From assembly GCA_964616855.1 (NCBI GenBank), contig CAZTUJ010000001.1, forward strand, positions 67,872 through 131,871: a stretch of DNA of 64,000 nucleotides, written 5' to 3'. The DNA comes from an uncultured Gammaproteobacteria bacterium. GTDB taxonomy: Bacteria; Patescibacteriota; Patescibacteriia; Patescibacteriales; UBA12465. Under the pieces are notes generated by a model. The model saw nothing but the letters and a program-made list of their open reading frames with translations. It was not told the origin of the DNA and ran no database searches. The position numbers and the translations under genes were made by a program. How positions within the stretch are numbered: position 1 is the stretch's first letter; each line of letters starts with the position of its first letter. This document shows, piece by piece, positions 46,798 to 55,508 of this stretch.

Positions 46798-48144
46798 ATG
46801 GCCATTAAAAAAATTTATTCTTGTTCTCACTGCGACGCCCAATTCCCTAAGTGGAGTGGGCGTTGCTTAGAGTGCGGCTCCTGGGGCACCTTGAGCGAAT
46901 CCGTGGTGGATACGCAGACCGAGAAGAAGGAGGAGTCTAAAAAGATGGGTGGTGCTACTGTCATTGATTTGCGCACCCTCAAGGGTGGCCCAGAAATTCG
47001 CATTAAAAGTGGCTGGGAGGAAATCGACCGCGTTTTTGGCGGCGGTATCCTGCCTGGTTCCTTATTGTTATTAAGCGGTGAACCAGGAATTGGTAAAAGT
47101 ACTTTGGGTGCCCAGCTGGCTAACGCTTTAAGTAAAGACGGACAAGTCTTATATGTCAGTGGGGAAGAATCGGCGACCCAGGTAAAGTCGCGCTTAGAAA
47201 GATTGTCTTGTGATTTAAGCCGTCTGCGCTTTATTGGTGAAACTAGTGTGGAAAAAATTACCGGAGCGGCTTTGAAATTAAAGCCCTCTTTAATCGTGGT
47301 CGATTCCATTCAAACTGTTTATTCTTCCTTAATTCCCTCGGAGGCAGGTAGTTTGAGTCAAATCCGGGCAGTGGCAGTGAAGTTTTTAGAAATTGCTAAA
47401 GAGCATGGCATTACCGTTTTACTCATTGGCCACATTACTAAGGATGGCCAGATTGCTGGTCCGAAGTCATTAGAGCACATTGTGGATACGGTTTTGTCTT
47501 TAGAAAATGAACCCGGTAGTAACTATTGTTTGTTGCGCGCCAGCAAGAACCGTTTCGGTTCTGTTAATGAGCTTGGTGTTTTAGAAATGACGGGTACTGG
47601 TTTTGTGGAAGCTAAGGATCCCAGCTCGGTTTTTTTGGGCTCGGGCGCTACCGCGATTGCGGGGTCAGTTATTGGCTGCGTCCTTGAAGGCAGTCGCCCC
47701 TTCCTAGTTAACATTCAAGCTCTAGTTACTAAAACTGTTTTTGGTTATCCGCAGCGTAAAGCCAGCGGCTTAGATTTAAATCGCTTGCAAGTATTAAGTG
47801 CAGTGATTGCCAAGCGGAGTAAGATTAATTTAGTGACCAGAGATATTATTTTAAATGTTGTGGGTGGTTTAAAAATTAATGACCCGGCTTTAGATTTAGC
47901 TGTCTGTGCCGCTATTATTTCTTCCTATTTAAGTAAGTCTTTGCCTGAAGGGATGGCGGTTATTGGTGAAGTCGGCTTGGGCGCAGAATTGAGGCCGGTA
48001 TTTCGTTTAGAACAAAGGTTGAAAGAGGCGGAGAAATTGGGCTTTAAGAGTGCTATTATTCCGGAAGGGGCAGAGTATAAATCGGGAAAATTAAAGCTTT
48101 TAAAGATTAAAAATTTAGGGGAATTAGTGGATATATTAGTTTAA
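46798..48144 (+). CDS. radA: DNA repair protein RadA/Sms
   Basis: Zinc finger CSHCDAQFPKWSGRCLECGSW, Walker A GEPGIGKST, the KNRFG motif and a Lon-like C-terminus. ATG at 46798 is preferred over the track start at 46783. Confidence 0.92.
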   Translation: MAIKKIYSCSHCDAQFPKWSGRCLECGSWGTLSESVVDTQTEKKEESKKMGGATVIDLRTLKGGPEIRIKSGWEEIDRVFGGGILPGSLLLLSGEPGIGKSTLGAQLANALSKDGQVLYVSGEESATQVKSRLERLSCDLSRLRFIGETSVEKITGAALKLKPSLIVVDSIQTVYSSLIPSEAGSLSQIRAVAVKFLEIAKEHGITVLLIGHITKDGQIAGPKSLEHIVDTVLSLENEPGSNYCLLRASKNRFGSVNELGVLEMTGTGFVEAKDPSSVFLGSGATAIAGSVIGCVLEGSRPFLVNIQALVTKTVFGYPQRKASGLDLNRLQVLSAVIAKRSKINLVTRDIILNVVGGLKINDPALDLAVCAAIISSYLSKSLPEGMAVIGEVGLGAELRPVFRLEQRLKEAEKLGFKSAIIPEGAEYKSGKLKLLKIKNLGELVDILV

Positions 48145-48180
48145 TATTAGCCATTATACTCTGTTAGAGGCGCTTAAGTG

Positions 48181-48209
48181 TTGACAATAGTTACTAAAAA
48201 TGCTATAAT
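48181..48209 (+). promoter_or_regulatory. perfect-consensus sigma70 promoter
   Basis: TTGACA (48181-48186), a 17-nt spacer, then TATAAT (48204-48209). It lies roughly 90 nt upstream of ORF 48303. Confidence 0.65.
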
Positions 48210-48302
48210 TTAGTTATCGTACTTTGAAAAAGCAGGTTTAAAAGTTTATAAGGATTGATCAATCTTGGTCAGGCCTTGCAAACTTTTAAATCTAAATAAA
48301 TC

Positions 48303-48704
48303 ATGAAAAAAGCAGCCGTTACCTTGTTTGTTTTGGGAGCTATCTCCATTTTTATCTTCTTTTGCTGGATGTTCTTCGCATTCATCTATTTCTTCCAGGA
48401 ACCAAGAGAATATGAAAGTATGGGCTTCTTGCTCGAATTGTCACGTTATCAGATGTTTTGGATAATATTAGGGTCGTTAACGATCTACACCCTTTCTTTA
48501 TACGGTTTATCAAAAGCCGGTAATAGGGTTAACAATCCAAAATACCTCATCAACGCCCTGCAATTACGGGGCTGGAAAATAATTTTTGCCGTTTTGGCCA
48601 CTCTGCCTTTATTGGTAATAAAATTAGTCAGAGTAATCTGGCAATCACGTCCCCTAAAAAACACTCGTTCCTTCTCAAAAGAAGTTATGGAAAGTTTCTC
48701 CTAA
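48303..48704 (+). CDS. small hypothetical membrane protein (4 TM)
   Basis: Hydrophobic segments throughout; 133 aa. Consensus promoter upstream and a terminator downstream. Confidence 0.55.
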   Translation: MKKAAVTLFVLGAISIFIFFCWMFFAFIYFFQEPREYESMGFLLELSRYQMFWIILGSLTIYTLSLYGLSKAGNRVNNPKYLINALQLRGWKIIFAVLATLPLLVIKLVRVIWQSRPLKNTRSFSKEVMESFS

Positions 48705-48727
48705 ACTTCTGCCACTCGTCCTACAGG

Positions 48728-48757
48728 CGCTCCCTCTTTACTTGGGAGCGTTTTTTT
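48728..48757 (+). terminator. rho-independent terminator
   Basis: cgctccc-tctttactt-gggagcg followed by ttttttt. Confidence 0.75.
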
Positions 48758-48828
48758 ATACTCAAATTGTTTTATATAAAACAAGACCCCCGATTTTCTG
48801 GGGGTCTGTAAGGAAGATCTTCTTTGGT

Positions 48829-49095
48829 CTAACTTCTTTGACGGCGAAGCTTTTCCGTTTGCTTTTTTGGTTTTGGTCGGAATCGACCAATAATTTCGGC
48901 TTTATGTTCCGGTTTTATTTCTACCTCATGGAGGTATACTTTAGCAGGGACTGCCCGGTTGTTTTCTTCAGAGGTATTCGTTGGATTGTTTATTACAATC
49001 CTTGATTTTTTCCCTTTCTTTTCTTCGAGAGAGATATTGTCTTCGTGAAAAGAAATTGGCGTGCCGCCATACTTTAAAAACGCTGAGTAAATCAT
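48829..49095 (-). CDS. small hypothetical protein with basic C-terminus
   Basis: 88 aa ending RFRPKPKKQTEKLRRQRS. Lies downstream of recG on the same strand. A minus-strand hairpin, agaccccc/gggggtct, sits at 48784-48807. Preferred over the overlapping plus-strand ORF 48742..49005. Confidence 0.4.
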   Translation of the reverse strand: MIYSAFLKYGGTPISFHEDNISLEEKKGKKSRIVINNPTNTSEENNRAVPAKVYLHEVEIKPEHKAEIIGRFRPKPKKQTEKLRRQRS

Positions 49096-49172
49096 CTGTT
49101 AATTATTTTAGTTAAACAATTTGTGAAAAAACGATAGTTATATAATAGGTATTTTTTAAATATTTGTCAAGA

Positions 49173-51239
49173 CTATTCCAAATGGGCTTCGGTGTCGATA
49201 GTATTAGCTAACTGAGCTTTAAGAGCGGGATATTTCTCTAATTCTGGGTCGGATTTAATAATATCAGCCGCAATGACTTGTGCCTTTTTAATCATTTCAT
49301 AATCGAACAGGGAGGCAATTTTAAGCTCAGGAAAGCCACTTTGCACTAGGCCATATAAATCCCCGGCTCCGCGTAGCTTGAGGTCTATTTGGGCCAAGGA
49401 AAGGCCGTCATGGTATTTACTGAGAGCTTGTAGTCTTTCGGCTGTTTTTGGACTTTGCTGTTCACGGCTGGTCAGCAGAAGACAGTATGACTGGTGTTCG
49501 CCCCGGCCGACACGGCCACGGAATTGATGCAGCTGGGCGAGGCCGAAGCGCTCAGCCCCTTCGATAATCATCAGGCTGGCGTTAGGAATATCAACGCCAA
49601 CTTCGACCACGGCGGTGGCCACTAGAATTTTAGTTTCACCATCGGCAAAAGCTTTCATTACTTTTTCTTTGTCCACACTTTTTAATTTGCCATGAATCAA
49701 ACTTATTTCTACTTCGGGAAAAATTTCTCTTTGCAGGCGGCGGTATTCAGTGGTAGCTGATTTTACTCCTAACTTATCGGACTCTTCAACCAAGGGGCAG
49801 ATGATAAAAACTTGGCGGCCGGCTTCGATTTGTTTACGAGCGAAGGCATAGGCTTTATCCCGCTCTTCTTCAGCGATTATTTTAGTAATAATTGTTTTTC
49901 GGTCTTTCGGTAATTCTTTAATTAAAGATAGGTCGAGATCACCATAAATAGAAAGGGCGAGAGAACGGGGAATAGGGGTGGCAGTCATGGAAAGAAAATG
50001 AGGCCAAAGACCACCGCCGCTTTGTTGCAGTTTCTGCCTTTGTTTAACGCCGAAGCGATGCTGTTCATCGACTACCACTAAGGCTAGTTTAGGGATATTG
50101 TAGTTTTGAATTAAAGCTTGGGTGCCGACAATTATTTCCGCTTCATTAATAATTAATTCGCGGCGATTATTTTTCCCTTTGGGTAAATCAAAATTAGCCT
50201 CAGCCTGGCTACCGCTCAGTAAAGCAATTTTTACATTTGCCTCGCTTAGTAGTTTTAATAAATTTTGATAATGCTGGGTGGCTAAGATTTCTGTCGGTGC
50301 CATCAGGGCTCCTTGGTATTTATTAATAGCCGTATTGAGCAGAGCCATGGCCGCGACCACGGTTTTTCCAGAACCAACATCGCCTTCAAGTAGGCGCGAC
50401 ATTGGTGCTGGGCGATCAATATCTTGTAAAATTTCCCAAGCCGCTTGTTTTTGGCCGGGGGTGAGAGTGAAAGGCAGGGATTGGACAAAACGGCGGGTGA
50501 ACATTTCCTGGAATTCTACTTTCGGTGCCTTCTTATTTTTCAATTGATATTTTAAAGCCTGAGACCGTAATTGTCTGACGAAAAGTTCACCAAAGCCTAG
50601 GCGTTTCCGGGCTGCCTGGGCTTGTTCTATGTTTTCAGGGAAGTGAGCTTGCTTAATGGCCTCCGTTAGAGACATTAGCCCTAACTCCTCTAATATTTTT
50701 TTAGGTAACCATTCTTCTAATTTATCAACAGCCGCCAACGCTTGTTTGATAAGAAAGCGTAATTGTTTTTGCGTAATTTCAGAGCTAAGGTGATAGACGG
50801 GCACGAGTCCTTGGGTGTGAATCAGGCCGCTGTCGGTAATTTTTTCATATTGCGGTGATACCATGGTCAGCTGACCATAGCTTTCAGCAGTTTTACCGGC
50901 TAAAGAAACACGGTCGCCTGGTTTTAGGTTTTGGGTAATGAAGGGCTGGTTGAACCAGATTACTTTAATTAGGCCACTGTCATCGCTAATAATGGCTTCG
51001 GTTAGTTGTCGTTTTTGCCGAGAACTTCTTTTATTTTGAATCAGTTCGATAGTGCCAGTAACGCTAATATTCCTCCCCGCCTCAGCCTGATCGATAGGGG
51101 TGGCTTGGCTGAAATCATCATAGCGGAAAGGGAAATAAAAAAGCAGGTCCTGGACCGTTTCCAGACCAAGTTTTTTTAATGATTGGGCAGTACTTTTGCC
51201 GACACGGTTGAGCGCCGGCAGGGGGACGCTTAGAAGCAT
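49173..51239 (-). CDS. recG: ATP-dependent DNA helicase RecG
   Basis: 688 aa with an N-terminal wedge/OB region, Walker A GDVGSGKT, DEQHRFG and TATPIPR. Confidence 0.93.
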   Translation of the reverse strand: MLLSVPLPALNRVGKSTAQSLKKLGLETVQDLLFYFPFRYDDFSQATPIDQAEAGRNISVTGTIELIQNKRSSRQKRQLTEAIISDDSGLIKVIWFNQPFITQNLKPGDRVSLAGKTAESYGQLTMVSPQYEKITDSGLIHTQGLVPVYHLSSEITQKQLRFLIKQALAAVDKLEEWLPKKILEELGLMSLTEAIKQAHFPENIEQAQAARKRLGFGELFVRQLRSQALKYQLKNKKAPKVEFQEMFTRRFVQSLPFTLTPGQKQAAWEILQDIDRPAPMSRLLEGDVGSGKTVVAAMALLNTAINKYQGALMAPTEILATQHYQNLLKLLSEANVKIALLSGSQAEANFDLPKGKNNRRELIINEAEIIVGTQALIQNYNIPKLALVVVDEQHRFGVKQRQKLQQSGGGLWPHFLSMTATPIPRSLALSIYGDLDLSLIKELPKDRKTIITKIIAEEERDKAYAFARKQIEAGRQVFIICPLVEESDKLGVKSATTEYRRLQREIFPEVEISLIHGKLKSVDKEKVMKAFADGETKILVATAVVEVGVDIPNASLMIIEGAERFGLAQLHQFRGRVGRGEHQSYCLLLTSREQQSPKTAERLQALSKYHDGLSLAQIDLKLRGAGDLYGLVQSGFPELKIASLFDYEMIKKAQVIAADIIKSDPELEKYPALKAQLANTIDTEAHLE

Positions 51240-51288
51240 GGTATAAAAATAGGCGCTGTAAAGCGCCTATGATAAAGATAAATTGGTG

Positions 51289-51360
51289 TGCCCTCACCAG
51301 GAATCGAACCTGGATTACAAGATCCGCAATCTTGCGTTCTATCCATTAAACTATGGGGGC
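51289..51360 (-). tRNA. tRNA-Arg (anticodon GCG), CCA not encoded
   Basis: Manual cloverleaf: GCCCCCA TA GTTT AATGGATA GAAC G CAAGA TTGCGGA TCTTG TAAT CCAGG TTCGATT CCTGG TGAGGGC A. One C-A mismatch in the acceptor stem. Confidence 0.75.
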
Positions 51361-51392
51361 GCTAATCGGATTTATACGATAGGCGAATTATA

Positions 51393-51917
51393 CTATAGCT
51401 TAAACAATTTCGTCAACTCTTCTGATAAAGGCGGGGCAATCCTTTCCAAATCCTCGTTTAAATAGCGGACCAAATAGTTGCGGACGGTTAGGGGGTCTTG
51501 GCGGCGTAAGGGCACGGCTAGCCGCGGCATCATTTTATTGCTAAATTCCAGATAGAGGTTTTTTACGCTTTGGCGGGGTTTATAGAGGACACAGAATTTA
51601 GCGATTTCGTCATAGTCGTAAAAACGGCGGCCAATTTGAATGCCTTCTGGGTCAAGCTTAACAGTTACCATTTGCGGCTCTTGGCTGTCATGGACTATCA
51701 TAATAGCCATGGAAATCAAGATAATTAAGGCAAAGAGAAAATTAGAACTAGCACCTAAAAAGACTATTTTCCAGGCAGAAATAGTGAAGAAAGAGAGGAA
51801 GAGACAGATTAAGACGAAAATGGCGGCCAGAAGATACCAGTATTTGCCCCTTTTCGGCTTTTTATATTCTGGTACCTGCCATTGAATGAAGTTTGTAGAT
51901 GTGTTTTCTGAGGCCAT
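51393..51917 (-). CDS. hypothetical membrane protein
   Basis: Two TM helices (YWYLLAAIFVLICLFLSFFTI, FLFALIILISMAIMIV) followed by a soluble C-terminal domain. ATG at 51917 is preferred. Confidence 0.5.
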   Translation of the reverse strand: MASENTSTNFIQWQVPEYKKPKRGKYWYLLAAIFVLICLFLSFFTISAWKIVFLGASSNFLFALIILISMAIMIVHDSQEPQMVTVKLDPEGIQIGRRFYDYDEIAKFCVLYKPRQSVKNLYLEFSNKMMPRLAVPLRRQDPLTVRNYLVRYLNEDLERIAPPLSEELTKLFKL

Positions 51918-51989
51918 ATAGTTTGACAAGCAATGTGAGATTTTATATAGTGATTATACCATAAAATTTAAAAGAGAAGAATAATTACA

Positions 51990-52080
51990 GGAGAGGTGGC
52001 TGAGCGGCTGAAAGCGGCAGGTTGCTAACCTGTTATAGGAGTTTTTGCTTCTATCCGGGGTTCGAATCCCCGCCTCTCCG
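51990..52080 (+). tRNA. tRNA-Ser (anticodon GCT), long variable arm
   Basis: GGAGAGG TG GCTGAGCGGCTGAAAGC G GCAGG TTGCTAA CCTGT, a long variable arm, CGGGG TTCGAAT CCCCG, CCTCTCC G. Confidence 0.85.
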
Positions 52081-52098
52081 CATACTAAAAATAGCCCT
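52073..52098 (+). repeat. direct repeat copy 1 (tRNA-Ser 3' end plus downstream sequence); att-like
   Basis: CCTCTCCGCATACTAAAAATAGCCCT recurs identically at 53176-53201. Each copy is followed by a similar hairpin (agccct..agggct). Confidence 0.8.
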
Positions 52099-52144
52099 GA
52101 ATAAGGGCTATTTTATTTGTAAAAAGTCATTACTTACAGAATCT

Positions 52145-53044
52145 TTATTCGTAGTTATCTTTATAATATCTATATAAAGTGAAGCAATAATCACCCGAGA
52201 GGCTTGTAGGTGCGAACAGATTAGTGCTTTTAACTTGTTTACAGATATTTTCGTCTGCTGATTGGAAGGCAGCATTAGCATAGCAGCTGACACTGTATGC
52301 ATAGTTTTGGCTTATACCTTGGCAGATTTTAGAATTATTTTCATACATAGCCTTTGCAACCAAACACACCTCTTTTTTTATATCAGTTTTAGAGCTGGCA
52401 TTGCAAGTATTACTTAGCAGGCCGGTGTTCATACGTAAGCACATTTTATCAAGTATGCTGTTATTGTCACAATCCATTATTTCAGAAGACATGAAAGTAG
52501 CCTTTAACTCTCTAAGGTCTGATTTTTTGTCGCTTATTCCCAATAAAGCTGTTCCATTCAATTTACAGTCCGAGAATTTATAGTCGCTAAAATTATATTT
52601 CCAAAAATATTTTTCGTTATTCTTTGTTAAATTGATGGTTAATTTACCGGGAATAGAGACATTCTCATCCTCGATAATCAAGTTTTCCCCACAAAATGGA
52701 AATGCTCTTTCTATTCGTGACAATAGAGTGTAATCTTCCGGCCCCATGATGCTAATAATATTTCCATTTGATTCAACAAGTAAATTTTTAGTATCCTCAT
52801 ATAATTCACAATCGCCCCCGCTGCAGAGACCAACAGCTTCATCGGTTGTTGTTACGTAGTAAACAGTGGCTCCATCTATTTGGTATGTACCTTTTACTTC
52901 GCATTTTTTCATATTTTTTCGTGAAGAGAGTACTGTTGGGCACGACTCAATAGGATGGTTGGAATAATTTATCAAAAATAGCCACAGAGCTACGCCCAAA
53001 AAAATAATAAAAATAGAAGAAATTATTAATTTTTTTTTAGTCAT
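52145..53044 (-). CDS. membrane-anchored Cys-rich hypothetical protein (cargo between the direct repeats)
   Basis: N-terminal TM (LIISSIFIIFLGVALWLFLI). Roughly 18 Cys in the ectodomain. AT-rich codon usage by eye. Confidence 0.55.
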   Translation of the reverse strand: MTKKKLIISSIFIIFLGVALWLFLINYSNHPIESCPTVLSSRKNMKKCEVKGTYQIDGATVYYVTTTDEAVGLCSGGDCELYEDTKNLLVESNGNIISIMGPEDYTLLSRIERAFPFCGENLIIEDENVSIPGKLTINLTKNNEKYFWKYNFSDYKFSDCKLNGTALLGISDKKSDLRELKATFMSSEIMDCDNNSILDKMCLRMNTGLLSNTCNASSKTDIKKEVCLVAKAMYENNSKICQGISQNYAYSVSCYANAAFQSADENICKQVKSTNLFAPTSLSGDYCFTLYRYYKDNYE

Positions 53045-53175
53045 ATTTTAAATTTATCAAAGTCGTTAAGGGAATTGTTATAATTATTTAAATAATAGCA
53101 AATTCTTAAATTTATTACCAATTTAGCCAGTAGATTAATGATTTCTTACATATTGCCGTTTCAACTACGTCCTAC

Positions 53176-53201
53176 CCTCTCCGCATACTAAAAATAGCCC
53201 T
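53176..53201 (+). repeat. direct repeat copy 2 (orphan tRNA-Ser 3' end); att-like
   Basis: 26/26 identical to 52073-52098. No tRNA body lies upstream of it. Confidence 0.8.
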
Positions 53202-53283
53202 ATTTTAGGGCTATTTTTTATAGGGAGTTTATCGCCTTGGAACGACGTGATATAATATTATTATTAATAATTTACTTGATTTT

Positions 53284-53940
53284 ATGAAATTACTCCTGAC
53301 TTCTAATGGTCTTTCCAATCAATCAGTTGCTAATGCTTTGCTTGAATTAACGGGAAAGCCAGCGTCGGAAACCACGATTGTTTTTATACCGACAGCGATG
53401 AATGTTGCTCGGGGAACTAAGGATTGGTTTATCAATGACCTTTATAATATTAAGAAACAAGGATTTAAATTCATTGACATTGTTGATATTTCCGCTCTTC
53501 CTAAAGAAGTCTGGTTGCCAAAAATAGAAAATGGCGATGTTTTGTTTTTTTCAGGAGGAAACACCTATCATTTAATGTATTGGTTAAAAAAATCTGGTTT
53601 GTTTGAACTTTTGCCCGAATTATTAAAAACTAGAGTTTATGCCGGGATCAGTGCTGGGAGTATGGTAACAAATCCAAGCCTGGCTTATTCCGGCGACGCT
53701 AAGAGAAAGTATTATGAGGATCAATTCGGATATAAAAGTGAAGAAGCTTTAAATTTAGTAGATTTTTATATTTATCCTCATTTTAATTCTCCGAAACACC
53801 TAGAGTTTGGTGAGGAGAATTTAAAAAAAGCTGCTCAGGAGAGTAAAAAGAATGTCTATGGCCTGGATGATGAGTCGGCCCTTAAAGTCGTTGATGATAC
53901 AATTACGATAATCACTGAAGGGGAGTGTCTAAAGCTATAA
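53284..53940 (+). CDS. peptidase S51 family (dipeptidase E-like)
   Basis: MKLLLTSNGL, FIPTA, FFSGGNTYHLMYWL and the nucleophile elbow GISAGSMV; 218 aa. Confidence 0.75.
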   Translation: MKLLLTSNGLSNQSVANALLELTGKPASETTIVFIPTAMNVARGTKDWFINDLYNIKKQGFKFIDIVDISALPKEVWLPKIENGDVLFFSGGNTYHLMYWLKKSGLFELLPELLKTRVYAGISAGSMVTNPSLAYSGDAKRKYYEDQFGYKSEEALNLVDFYIYPHFNSPKHLEFGEENLKKAAQESKKNVYGLDDESALKVVDDTITIITEGECLKL

Positions 53941-53981
53941 AGATATCAGAATTTTAGACGCCCCTATCTGTTTTTTTAAAT

Positions 53982-54521
53982 ATGAGTTTCTTATTAAATA
54001 ATCAGAAGATAAATTTTGACCATAACGATTTTCCCATGCTGATTTCTGGCGCTGAAAAGACTGGTTCTTCATTTTTTAGTGTATGTTTGATAGCGGAATT
54101 GTTAAAAAGCGGGCATAAAGTATTATTTCTATCAGCCTACCCAATGGCTAAGGAAGAATTTAGGAAACAGATAGGTGATAAAATTGAGAAGGCAGTAATT
54201 ATAGAGTCTGGTGAAGAAGATGATCTAATAAAAGAGATTAAGAGCATCCCAGATTTAAAAGAACGTTTTGTTTTAATAAAAAATATTGATGTTTACAGCC
54301 ATAAAATATTTGAGGTCTTAAAAGATTCAAAATTAGTCATTTTTTCTGGTGATTTAGATAAGTGCCAATTTGCTGATAATCTAATTAGTAAAGTTTTTTC
54401 CTCTAAGATATTTTTTTCTTCATCTAATAAATATCCATATTGTGTAAGGCCAAATTTAACAAATTTTTGCGGAGAGATTGTCAGTAAAAAATATAATGGT
54501 GTTATTAGTTTGAATTTTTAG
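53982..54521 (+). CDS. hypothetical protein
   Basis: 179-aa ORF. Only a degenerate P-loop-like GAEKTGSS, and no confident motif. Confidence 0.4.
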   Translation: MSFLLNNQKINFDHNDFPMLISGAEKTGSSFFSVCLIAELLKSGHKVLFLSAYPMAKEEFRKQIGDKIEKAVIIESGEEDDLIKEIKSIPDLKERFVLIKNIDVYSHKIFEVLKDSKLVIFSGDLDKCQFADNLISKVFSSKIFFSSSNKYPYCVRPNLTNFCGEIVSKKYNGVISLNF

Positions 54522-54687
54522 TAAAATAATTTAATTTTTATAATAATAATTACTTCAACACTACTTTTCTGCCCCCACGGCTTTAAATAGGCCAAATTTA
54601 TGATTTTTTTGATAGGCTATCATTATTCTAGGGCGAGGTGCTATAAGTAAATTAATATATTAGTAAAGAAGGTTAAATATTAAAAAT

Positions 54688-55401
54688 ATGGAGATGATAG
54701 GAATGGACAGTTTTACAAATTTTGATCAAATTATTAAAAGAGAAAAGGAGGAAAGAATAAGAAAGATGAGGGAAGATACTGAACGTATTGATTCTTTGCC
54801 AGACGAAGAAATAATAAATAAAGCGACAAAAATGTTGGGCGACTTAGATCTTAGTTTTGACGATCTTGTAGATAAAAAAGTAGTCGATCTCGGCTCAGGT
54901 GCTCAGATTATAGAAAGGGCCGCGACTATTAAGGGATTAGAAACAGTTTTTTCTGTAGACGCACGAGAGTATGTATTATCTAAAAGACCGGAAGTAAAAA
55001 ACGGCATTGTTGGTAATATTATTAAAGGTATTCCGCAAATACCTGACAATTCTATTGATTTACTGATATCACGCGCTGGGCCGCCAACAATTTCAAGAAA
55101 GAAAGAGCACGCCGATGATTCCATGGTTGAAATATTAAGGATGCTTAAAAGTGGCGGCAGGGCAGTTATCGGGCCGATAAATTTTCATTTTATTGAGGAA
55201 AAGAATGATAGATATCAGGAACTACTTAAAAAGAAATATCGAGATAGACAAGAATTATCCGACAGCGAAAAAGATGAGATTAATAACCTTGAAAAAATGA
55301 TTGTAGAGGAATCAAAAAAATATTTAGAGGAAAAAAATATTAAGGTTACAACGGAAAGAAGCAAAACAATGAATTGGTCGTATGGGGTAATTACTAAGTA
55401 A
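54688..55401 (+). CDS. class I SAM-dependent methyltransferase
   Basis: Motif I VVDLGSGAQ and post-I/II-like elements, with a Lys/Glu-rich C-terminus. 237 aa. Confidence 0.6.
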   Translation: MEMIGMDSFTNFDQIIKREKEERIRKMREDTERIDSLPDEEIINKATKMLGDLDLSFDDLVDKKVVDLGSGAQIIERAATIKGLETVFSVDAREYVLSKRPEVKNGIVGNIIKGIPQIPDNSIDLLISRAGPPTISRKKEHADDSMVEILRMLKSGGRAVIGPINFHFIEEKNDRYQELLKKKYRDRQELSDSEKDEINNLEKMIVEESKKYLEEKNIKVTTERSKTMNWSYGVITK

Positions 55402-55470
55402 TTTTTATTTTATTTGAACGATGTAGAAATTATGGAAAGCTGAGGTATATTTAAGAAAAAATATGATTAT

Positions 55471-55508
55471 CCAGGGCCCTTTTTAGAAGTTTAGGGCCCT
55501 GGTTTTTT
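55471..55508 (+). terminator. rho-independent terminator
   Basis: ccagggccct-ttttagaagttt-agggccctgg followed by tttttt. Confidence 0.75.

Noticed and set aside
48742-49005. Plus-strand 87-aa ORF overlapping the minus-strand small ORF.
   Set aside because: It begins inside the terminator hairpin of the preceding gene and translates to an implausible Phe/Trp-rich string. The minus-strand ORF follows recG and has its own hairpin terminator. Even so, I call it only at low confidence.
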